From Candidatus Methylomirabilota bacterium (GTDB lineage: Bacteria > Methylomirabilota > Methylomirabilia > Rokubacteriales > CSP1-6), in the NCBI GenBank assembly GCA_046723475.1, contig JBKOUQ010000042.1:1-28377 (forward strand): a DNA stretch of 28,377 nucleotides. The letters are read 5' to 3'. Position 1 is the first letter of the stretch, and every line of letters begins with the position of its first letter. This document shows, in pieces, positions 8,162 to 14,964 of the stretch. The notes below the pieces were generated by a model that saw nothing but the letters and a program-made list of their open reading frames with translations, made no database searches and had not been told where the DNA came from. The position numbers and the translations under genes are program-made.

Positions 8162-9988
8162 CTACTTTTGCGGCGTGGGGCCCTGGCCCTGCATGCCCTG
8201 CAGCATGCGGCCGATCAACACGTCGGCCAGCCGCGTCGGCCCGCCGTCCGCACCGCTCACCGCGATGTCCGGTACGAGCTTCATCCGATGCTCACCGAGC
8301 AGCGACGTGACCTGCAGCGCGGTGTACCCGACGGCGCCGAGCGCCTCGATACCGAGTCGATACGCCTCGGCCTTCGCTGCACCGACCGCGCGCACCGACA
8401 TGGCCTCGGCGTCCGCCGACACGCGGACGGCGTCCGCCTGGCCTTCGGCGCGGGCGCGCGTCGCGGCCGCCTCACCCTTGGCGGCCTCGGCCACGGCCAG
8501 CGCGTTGCGCTCGGCGATGCGTACCATCTGCTCGGAGCGCACGACCTCCGCCTGCATGTTCGCGACGGCCGTCTCGCGCTCGAGCTCCTGGCGCTGCACC
8601 TGCGCCTGACGCTCGGCCTGGTACGTGCGCTCCATCTCCTCCGCGATCTTGCGATCCGTCTGCGTCTTCATCAGCTCCGCCGGCGGCACGATGTCGCCGA
8701 TGAGCGTGTCGATGCACTCGACGTCGTACGACTCGACGGCGCGGCGAATGTTCTCGAATGCTTCCCGCTGCCGCTCCGCGCGGTTGGACAAGAACTCCAG
8801 CACCGTCACCTGCTGCGCCGAGTTGCGGAAATAGTTCCCCACCGTCGGCTGCAGCACGTGGTCGACGAGGTTCTGCATCGAGCCCACGCGCGAGATGACC
8901 CGCGGCGCGTTCTTCATCCCGACGTGGATGATCTGCGACACGTCGAGGCTGAAGCCGAAGCCGTCTTTGCTGCGCACCAGGATCGAGTTCAGCCGCTCGT
9001 CGTAGCGATGCGCCTCCGTGCGCTGCGCCCAGTTGAGCACGATGTTCGTCGTGGGCACGAGCTCGACCTTCATCACGCGCGTGTTGATCGGGTGCTTGCC
9101 CGGCAACAGCGGCTCGACCCACACGCCCTTGCGCCCGCGCTCGACGAGGTCGCCGTGCGTGAACGCATCGCCCGTCACGTCGATGTGCTCGTCGCCGACG
9201 TAGCTGACCACGACGCCGACGTAGCCAATCGGAATCTCCGTCAGCGCGACCTGCTCCACCTCCACGAACCACGGGTTCAGGTTCCACGAGCCGGCGAGCA
9301 GAACCTCTTCCTGCAGACCGCGGCAGCCGCCGGCATCGATGAACGCCTGCCCGCGCTGGAAGTTGTCGTGCCCGGGTACGAGCGGGCCCGCGAGGTCGCC
9401 GGCGGCAATCGCGCGGCCGTCGAGCGTCGTCACGATGCCCTGGCGGTCGGGCACGACGTGATACACGCGCAGCTGCGACGCCATCATCCCGTGCTTCGCC
9501 GCGTTCGCCGCGGTGACGACCTCGAACGCCGCGGGATTGATCCGATACGTCCCCGCCGTCATGAACGCGAGCTGGCGTCCTCGCTCGCCGCCGTTGCGGA
9601 GAAACGCGGCCGCGTCCTGGAACGAGTCACACGCCACCTCGCGGCCGAGCACCCGGCCCGCGGGAATGGCGCGCCCGTCCGCCGCGACGACCAGCGCGAT
9701 GTCACCGGGGCTCACGACGAGCACCGGCACGCGCACGACCCGATACCTCCAGCGCCACACGGGAAAGTGCCAGCCGGGGCCGAGCATCTGAGCCTGATAG
9801 CCGGCCTCGCCGTTCAGCGCGATCACGTGGCCGGCCGGCAGCTCAGGACCATAGCGCTTGATCAGCAAGCCGGACTCGTTCGGGCCGATGACGCGCAGTC
9901 CGAGGCGCACCACCAGCACGATCGCGCCGATGACGGCCGCGACCATGATCCACTGGTCGAGCGTCAGCATTCTCAGCAGCCACCACAT
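8162..9988 (-). CDS. Flotillin-like SPFH (band 7) domain protein, YqiK/FloT-like, with an N-terminal TM helix and a C-terminal Ala/Glu-rich coiled-coil flotillin domain
   Basis: N-terminus MWWLLRMLTLDQWIMVAAVIGAIVLVV (TM), an SPFH core, then an EA-rich coiled-coil stretch (QAERQAQVQRQELERETAVANMQAEVVRSEQMVRIAERNALAVAEAAKGEAAATRARAEG). ATG 9988 is preceded by GGGAGGAG 5 nt upstream. The ORF-track start at 10051 (GTG) is rejected. Confidence 0.85.
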   Translation of the reverse strand: MWWLLRMLTLDQWIMVAAVIGAIVLVVRLGLRVIGPNESGLLIKRYGPELPAGHVIALNGEAGYQAQMLGPGWHFPVWRWRYRVVRVPVLVVSPGDIALVVAADGRAIPAGRVLGREVACDSFQDAAAFLRNGGERGRQLAFMTAGTYRINPAAFEVVTAANAAKHGMMASQLRVYHVVPDRQGIVTTLDGRAIAAGDLAGPLVPGHDNFQRGQAFIDAGGCRGLQEEVLLAGSWNLNPWFVEVEQVALTEIPIGYVGVVVSYVGDEHIDVTGDAFTHGDLVERGRKGVWVEPLLPGKHPINTRVMKVELVPTTNIVLNWAQRTEAHRYDERLNSILVRSKDGFGFSLDVSQIIHVGMKNAPRVISRVGSMQNLVDHVLQPTVGNYFRNSAQQVTVLEFLSNRAERQREAFENIRRAVESYDVECIDTLIGDIVPPAELMKTQTDRKIAEEMERTYQAERQAQVQRQELERETAVANMQAEVVRSEQMVRIAERNALAVAEAAKGEAAATRARAEGQADAVRVSADAEAMSVRAVGAAKAEAYRLGIEALGAVGYTALQVTSLLGEHRMKLVPDIAVSGADGGPTRLADVLIGRMLQGMQGQGPTPQK

Positions 9989-10034
9989 GGCGTCTCCTCC
10001 CGGCGGGCCGTTGCCCGCGCATCGCGAGACTCCA

Positions 10035-10050
10035 CGCATCGACTGCGCCA
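10035..10050 (-). promoter_or_regulatory. Candidate sigma-54 (-24/-12) promoter element upstream of the flotillin-like gene
   Basis: Minus strand reads TGGCGC-AGTCG-ATGCG against consensus TGGCAC-N5-TTGCW. GG and GC are spaced exactly N10. Lies 36 to 60 nt upstream of ATG 9988 and divergent from a sigma-54 EBP gene. Two mismatches to consensus, so weak on its own. Confidence 0.25.
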
Positions 10051-10105
10051 CACCGAAATCCGCGATTCTCCACGCCCCCGAGATATAGGAAGGAGCCGTT
10101 TCGCG

Positions 10106-10134
10106 ATTTTAATCGTGTTGTGATCATGATTCAA
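10106..10134 (-). promoter_or_regulatory. Sigma-70-like promoter on the minus strand (TTGAAT, 17-nt spacer, TAAAAT) inside the AT-rich intergenic island
   Basis: Minus-strand reading ttgaat catgatcacaacacgat taaaat: 5/6 matches to both hexamers with an ideal 17-nt spacer. Directs transcription toward the flotillin-like gene with a leader of about 110 nt. Confidence 0.3.
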
Positions 10135-10142
10135 TACACGTT

Positions 10143-11480
10143 ATGGTTCGGCTGGACTGGCTCGGCCCCGCACCGCCCCGCGCCGTGGTTGTCGCGCTGG
10201 CCGCGCGCCATGTGCGCGTCCACCACGCGCGGGCTGCGGGCGAGTCGCCGTGCGCGGTGATGTCGTCGGGGGGCCGGCGCCCGCGCGTGCCGAGCGCGCC
10301 CGCATGGATCTGGGTCTGCGACGGGCGTGTGGACGACAGCGTCGCGACGGCCGCCGTGCTCGACGGCGCTTACGACGTCGTGTCCCTCGACGCCGCGGAT
10401 GCCGTTGAGAAGCTTGCGGCGCGGGCGCACGAGCTGGCTGCGACGCCGCCCGCGCCCGCGTTGCCGCCCGACGTCGTCGCGCGCAGCGCCGTCGCCCGGC
10501 GGATGTTCGTCCAGGCGGCGCGCGCGGCGCGCACCTCGATGGCGGTACTGTTGACGGGCGAGACCGGCGCGGGGAAAGAGCTCGTCGCGCGGCTCGTACA
10601 CCAATGGTCGGCGCGCCGCGACCACCGTCTGGTGGCCATCAACTGCGCCGCGATTCCGAACGATCTGATGGAGGCCGAGCTGTTCGGCTACGCGCGCGGG
10701 GCGTTCACGGGCGCGTCGCACGAGTACGACGGACAGCTGGCGGCGGCCGCCGGCGGCACGGTCTTCCTCGACGAGATCGACGACACGCCGCCGGCGCTGC
10801 AGGTGAAGCTGCTGCGCGTCCTGGAGGACCGCGTGGTCAATCGCCTGGGGGAGAACACGTGGCGGGCGGTCGACTTTCGCATCATTGCGGCGACGAACCG
10901 CGATCTGCGCGCGCTCGTCGAGGCCGGCGACTTCGGCGCCGACCTCTACGAGCGCCTGGCGATCGTCACGATCGCGCTACCGCCCCTGCGTGAGCGCCTG
11001 GAGGATCTGCCGGAGCTCGCGCAGCGCTTTGTCGAGCGATTCTATGTCGACGATCCGAGTGCGCAGCCGCGGGTTCGCGGCGTGCGCGAGGACGCGCTGC
11101 GCGCGCTCTCCGCGTATCCCTGGCCGGGCAACGTGCGCGAGCTGCGGAACGTGGTGTGGGAGACGCTCGTCTACAAGCGCGCCGGCGAAGAGATCATCCC
11201 GAGCGATCTGCCGCGACGCGTGCTGGGGCCGGGCAGCAGGCCTCCGCAGGCAGCGCTGATCGATCGTGCGGCGGTCGCGCGCAAGCTCGCCGCGCGGACG
11301 CTGAACCTCCGCGAGGAGATGGCCGCGCTCCAGCGGGCCGCGCTCGGCGAGGCGCTCGCGCTGACCGGTGGCAATGCGGCCGAGGCGGCACGGCTACTCG
11401 GCACCGTCGGTCGCGGTCGGGCCAAGGATCCGGGCGGGACAGTGCGGGCGATGATGCGCCGGCTGGGTCGACGCGCGTGA
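10143..11480 (+). CDS. Sigma-54-dependent transcriptional activator (NtrC/PspF-type bEBP) with AAA+ and C-terminal Fis-type HTH domains, and a degenerate receiver-like N-terminus
   Basis: Walker [15 protein letters not shown], a GAFTGA-loop region [13 protein letters not shown], Walker [12 protein letters not shown], arginine-finger region [10 protein letters not shown], and [20 protein letters not shown]. The first 105 aa lack a recognisable phospho-acceptor Asp. Confidence 0.9.
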   Translation: MVRLDWLGPAPPRAVVVALAARHVRVHHARAAGESPCAVMSSGGRRPRVPSAPAWIWVCDGRVDDSVATAAVLDGAYDVVSLDAADAVEKLAARAHELAATPPAPALPPDVVARSAVARRMFVQAARAARTSMAVLLTGETGAGKELVARLVHQWSARRDHRLVAINCAAIPNDLMEAELFGYARGAFTGASHEYDGQLAAAAGGTVFLDEIDDTPPALQVKLLRVLEDRVVNRLGENTWRAVDFRIIAATNRDLRALVEAGDFGADLYERLAIVTIALPPLRERLEDLPELAQRFVERFYVDDPSAQPRVRGVREDALRALSAYPWPGNVRELRNVVWETLVYKRAGEEIIPSDLPRRVLGPGSRPPQAALIDRAAVARKLAARTLNLREEMAALQRAALGEALALTGGNAAEAARLLGTVGRGRAKDPGGTVRAMMRRLGRRA

Positions 11481-11496
11481 GATCATTCGTCGCGAC

Positions 11497-12462
11497 GTGC
11501 CCCCGAGGAGTCTCGTCGCCACACTCGCCGCCATCGCGCTGACCCTGGGCGTTGCACCGGCCGTGTCGGCGCAAGGAGCACACATGAAGCTCACGCTCGG
11601 CACAGCCACACCCGGCGGAGGATTTCCCGTCTACGGCGACGCCGTCATCGCCGCGGTCCGTGACGTCGATCCCACGCTCGAGATCGAGCCGCGCAACACC
11701 AAGGGCAGCACCGAGAACGTCCCGCTGCTCGAACGAAACGAGGTCGACCTGGCGCTGGTGCAAGGCGAAGTCGCGTACGAAGCGCTGCAAGGCGTGGGCC
11801 GCACTCCCTCGCCGATCCGCATCGTCGCCGCGATGTACTCGACGCCCGGGATGTTCGTCGTGCGCGCGGACTCGCCGGCGCGCACGGTCGCGGACCTGCG
11901 CGGCAAATCGGTCGCGTTCGGTGCGCGCGGCTCGGGCCTCGTCCTGCTGGCGCGCTACGTCCTCGACGGGCTCGGTCTCGACCAGGACCGCGACTTCCAG
12001 GCGGTCTATCTCGATCGCGCCGGCGACGGGCCGGCGATGGTGCAGGACGGCCGCGTGGCCGCGCTGTGGGGCGCCGGCGTCGGCTGGCCCGGCTTCACCG
12101 CCGTGGCGAAGGCCCCAGGCGGAGCGCGTTTCATCGTTCCCGATGCCGAAGGCCTGCGACGAATTCAGGCCAAGCACGCGTTCCTCAAGCCGCTGACCGT
12201 GCCCGCCGGGTCGTATCCGGGCCAGGACGCGCCGATCCGCTCGCTGGGCTCATGGTCGTTCATCATGGCGCGTCCGGGGCTGAGCGACGACGTCGCCTAC
12301 CGTGTTGCAAAGGCGCTGCATCTCGCGGAGGCAGGCATCGCGCGGCGGCTGCCGCAAGGCAAGGAAACGACCGCGGCCAACACCGCCGCCGCAGCGCCGC
12401 GTCCCGAGCTCATCCACCCCGGCGTCTGGCGCTACTTGATCGAGATCGGCGCGCGGCACTAG
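11497..12462 (+). CDS. TAXI-family TRAP transporter solute receptor (periplasmic binding protein), orphan: no DctQM-type membrane component adjacent
   Basis: Signal peptide VPPRSLVATLAAIALTLGVAPAVSAQGA, then LTLGTATPGGGFPVYGDAVIAAV...STENVPLLERNEVDLALVQGEVAYEA, colinear with TAXI-family consensus. GTG start 16 nt after the EBP stop, so it is probably co-transcribed. Confidence 0.8.
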   Translation: MPPRSLVATLAAIALTLGVAPAVSAQGAHMKLTLGTATPGGGFPVYGDAVIAAVRDVDPTLEIEPRNTKGSTENVPLLERNEVDLALVQGEVAYEALQGVGRTPSPIRIVAAMYSTPGMFVVRADSPARTVADLRGKSVAFGARGSGLVLLARYVLDGLGLDQDRDFQAVYLDRAGDGPAMVQDGRVAALWGAGVGWPGFTAVAKAPGGARFIVPDAEGLRRIQAKHAFLKPLTVPAGSYPGQDAPIRSLGSWSFIMARPGLSDDVAYRVAKALHLAEAGIARRLPQGKETTAANTAAAAPRPELIHPGVWRYLIEIGARH

Positions 12463-12552
12463 CAAACCGGCCGAGCCCTGCGAGTATCGCCCGCAGCCGG
12501 GTGGCGCCGGTGCTGGTGCCGGGAGGCGGGCGAACGTGGGACCCCCTCGATC

Positions 12553-12571
12553 CTCGCCGTTCGAAGAACGG
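12553..12571 (+). terminator. Perfect 8-bp hairpin with a GAA triloop (cgccgttc gaa gaacggcg) 90 nt after the TAXI stop; candidate terminator in a convergent intergenic region
   Basis: Read directly. Followed by tgtgggtcg on the plus strand. Lies between the convergent TAXI gene (plus) and epimerase gene (minus). Confidence 0.3.
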
Positions 12572-12668
12572 CGTGTGGGTCGCGTGGGTGACGGAGCCCG
12601 CCGGACCGGCATCAAACCGGTGCCAGGCCCTGGCTGCGGGCGGTACTCGGACGGCTCAGCCGGTTGCG

Positions 12669-13412
12669 CTAGGCGGAGTCGACCGGCGTCCAGCCGAGCA
12701 CCACGCGTGCGTGCTCCACGTCGCGATAGCCGTGACGCAGCTTCGAGACGACGTAGAAAATGTCGAAGCGTACGGAGGGCGGCGCCTCGATGCACGCCTG
12801 CAGCATTCGCGCGATGTCGCGCTGGCTGCACCAGACGGCGGCGTCGCGGACCGTCGTCGGCCGGTCTTCGGACTTCACGCGGCCGATGCGCAGGCAGACC
12901 ACCGACAGGCCGTGCGCGTCGGCATAGTGGCGCGCGAGCGCCTCGCCCCAGACCTTGCTCGCGCCGTAGAGCCCGCTCGGGCGCAGCGGCGTCTCGTGTG
13001 TCAGCGGGGTGATCGTGCCGGCCTCATCGTAGCGGCCGGCGACCAGGTGGCTCAGCGGCGGCTCGCGCTCCCAGCCGCTGACGGTCGCGCCGCTGCTCGC
13101 GAAGATCACGCGCGCGACACCGGCCACGCGCGCTGCCTCGAACACGTGATACGTGCCGAGCACGTTCGAGCGAATGATGTCCTCGGGCGCCTGGTGATCA
13201 CCCGCCGCCGCGGCCAGGTGCACCACGGTGTCGATGTCCTTGAACGCCGGCTGGATCGCCGCGAGATCGCCGAGATCGGCCCGGTGCGTCTCCACGCCGG
13301 CAACGGCGCGGCGGTTCAGCGCGCGCAGCGCGTACGTGCCCTCGACGTGGCGGCGGAATGCCGTGCCGATGAGGCCGCTGAGACCGGTGACGAGCACGCG
13401 GCGCGGCATCAC
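12669..13412 (-). CDS. Short NAD(P)-dependent epimerase/dehydratase-family (SDR) oxidoreductase
   Basis: Rossmann motif VLVTGLSGLIGTA, catalytic YGASK (YxxxK) and an upstream Ser; 247 aa. Its start overlaps the stop of the upstream hypothetical (GTGATG). Confidence 0.8.
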   Translation of the reverse strand: MMPRRVLVTGLSGLIGTAFRRHVEGTYALRALNRRAVAGVETHRADLGDLAAIQPAFKDIDTVVHLAAAAGDHQAPEDIIRSNVLGTYHVFEAARVAGVARVIFASSGATVSGWEREPPLSHLVAGRYDEAGTITPLTHETPLRPSGLYGASKVWGEALARHYADAHGLSVVCLRIGRVKSEDRPTTVRDAAVWCSQRDIARMLQACIEAPPSVRFDIFYVVSKLRHGYRDVEHARVVLGWTPVDSA

Positions 13413-13744
13413 GCGACCCCGTCAATGCGCGTCTCGGGATCGTAGGCGTCGAGCGCCCGCCGTACAACCCGGTTGGCGAGATCGGGCGCGCCGAGTACCG
13501 CCGGATCCCGGAGCCACTCGGCAGCCTCGAGCACGTGCTTGAGCTGAGCGGTCTCGGCCGCGGTGAGCGGCCGACCCGCCGCATGCCGGACGATGAGCCG
13601 CTCGACGTCCGGACCTTCCGGCGCGAGCAGAATCCCCAGGAGAGTCAACCGATAGCAGTCGCGCCCGCCCACCCGGTGATCGAAGACAATGCTGCCGCCG
13701 AGGTGCTCGAGCGTCGAGCGGATATCGGACACGCCGCGACGCAC
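13409..13744 (-). CDS. Hypothetical protein (helical, His-rich); N-terminus uncertain
   Basis: Very high GC3 in this frame. GTG start at 13744 gives 111 aa. The same frame stays coding-like (39/42 GC3) for another 41 codons upstream, to the dioxygenase stop, with only CTG candidates (13867, 13816). No family recognised from reading the sequence. Confidence 0.5.
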   Translation of the reverse strand: MRRGVSDIRSTLEHLGGSIVFDHRVGGRDCYRLTLLGILLAPEGPDVERLIVRHAAGRPLTAAETAQLKHVLEAAEWLRDPAVLGAPDLANRVVRRALDAYDPETRIDGVA

Positions 13745-13868
13745 ATAGCGGTCGTGCAGCTCCGCGCGCGCGATCCACTCGTCGTGCTCGGCGACGTGCC
13801 GCCAGATGACGCCCAGCGGCTCGGCGCGATCGCCGAGCCGCTTGCGGAACTCATCGAGTGGGTGCAGC

Positions 13869-14780
13869 CTAGCCCTCCAGCTCGCGATTGAGCCCGAAGT
13901 CTTCGGGCACCGGCGGCCCCCACCGGTACAGCGCGTCCTCCGGCGGAAAATCGCGCGGCTGCCAGGCGCACGTCTCCGGAATATGGTCGATGTCGTGGAA
14001 GTACTCGGCCCACGAGCCCCACGGATCGCGCACGTAATAGAAGAAGTTCGAGCCGATGACGTGACGACCGAGGCCCCACCCGACGGGAATGCCGGCCTCG
14101 TGGGCGCGCTGCATGCCCATCGCGATCTCGTCGATGCCGCCGACCTCGAACGATCCGTGATGAAACCCCGGGCCTCGCGAGTCGAGCAACGCGAGGTTGT
14201 GGTGGTCCGGGGTGCAGCGCAGGAACGCGATGATCCCCGGGCAGCGGTCGGAGAGCTTCATGCCGAGCACGCGCGTGTAAAAGTCGATCATGCGGTCGAG
14301 GTTGGGCGAAAAGAGCAGGACGTGGCCGAGACGACGCGGCCGCGCCTCGAAACGGTCGGGGCAGCCGCGAACGCCGATGCGCGAGACATGGCCGGGAGAA
14401 TTCAGGAGCAGCGCCGGATCCGCAGGCGGCACGTCACCCGCTTCCGGCCGGATGTTGACGAAGTTGCCGTCGGGGTCGCGGGTCCATGCACCTCCCTCGG
14501 GCGCGCCGCGCGGGGGATCGACCTCGCTCACGCCGGCACGCCGCAGGGACTCGCGCGTCGCTTCGAACTCCGCCCCCGGCGCGCCGAACGCGACGTGGTG
14601 CAGCCGTTTTTTCGGGCCGCCATAGAGCAGCACGGTCTCGCGCTTCAGCGCGGCCGGCCGCAGGCGGACGGCGCCGTCACGTCCGGGCTCGTCGACGAGG
14701 CCGAAGCCCGTATAGAACTTTTCGCCGACCGTCTGGTCGGGAATTTCGAGCGCGTAATGCAGCAGCGCCTTCACGGCCAT
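13869..14780 (-). CDS. Two-domain type I extradiol ring-cleavage dioxygenase (VOC superfamily, catechol 2,3-dioxygenase-like)
   Basis: MAVKALLHYALEIPD..., HHVAF, HVLLFSPNLDRMIDFYTRVLGM, HHNLAL, HHGSFEV, YVRDPWGSWAEY: canonical Fe(II)-ligand and fold motifs. ATG 14780 is preceded by GGAGGTG 5 nt upstream. The ORF-track N-terminal extension to 15059 is R-rich junk. Confidence 0.85.
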   Translation of the reverse strand: MAVKALLHYALEIPDQTVGEKFYTGFGLVDEPGRDGAVRLRPAALKRETVLLYGGPKKRLHHVAFGAPGAEFEATRESLRRAGVSEVDPPRGAPEGGAWTRDPDGNFVNIRPEAGDVPPADPALLLNSPGHVSRIGVRGCPDRFEARPRRLGHVLLFSPNLDRMIDFYTRVLGMKLSDRCPGIIAFLRCTPDHHNLALLDSRGPGFHHGSFEVGGIDEIAMGMQRAHEAGIPVGWGLGRHVIGSNFFYYVRDPWGSWAEYFHDIDHIPETCAWQPRDFPPEDALYRWGPPVPEDFGLNRELEG

Positions 14781-14833
14781 GGTTTCACCTCCGCAAGCGG
14801 CAGTGTACCGCCTTGGGCGGAGACGCTCGCGAC

Positions 14834-14851
14834 GGGCGTGTTGGGCCCGCT
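14834..14851 (-). terminator. 7-bp GC hairpin (ggcccgc ttca gcgggcc) about 115 nt downstream of the molybdopterin-subunit stop; weak terminator candidate
   Basis: Read directly in the 184-nt gap between the coxL-like gene and the dioxygenase gene. No U-tract. Confidence 0.2.
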
Positions 14852-14964
14852 TCAGCGGGCCTGGGCGGCTTCGAGCGCGGCGAGTCGCTCTCGGACGTCG
14901 ATGGCGGCGTGCAGCTCGCGATCGACGCCGTCCATGCGCGTGTCGAGGCGGCTCAATGTCTGCG

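Noticed and set aside
9989-10051. GTG 10051 start for the flotillin-like gene (ORF-track N-terminus MAQSMRGVSRCAGNGPPGGDA)
   Set aside because: The extension has no RBS and a non-protein-like composition, and it would bury the candidate promoter elements. ATG 9988 has a GGGAGGAG SD at ideal spacing and begins directly with the TM helix.
8168-10123. 651-aa plus-strand ORF antisense to the flotillin-like gene, together with the similar long antisense ORFs 20018..21556 (-), 21601..23061 (-), 22946..24754 (-), 25704..27722 (-), 18877..20241 (-), 4687..5901 (+), 7006..8310 (+) and 24..860 (+)
   Set aside because: All are Arg/Ala/His-rich with no domain signatures and poor GC3 periodicity. Each lies opposite a gene with clear homology and proper codon bias.
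10143-10460. Later internal start (ATG about 10260, VMSSGG) for the sigma-54 activator to remove the odd N-terminus
   Set aside because: GC3 periodicity is already strong from ATG 10143, and the region reads like a degenerate receiver (alternating hydrophobic strands, [13 protein letters not shown]) rather than non-coding sequence.
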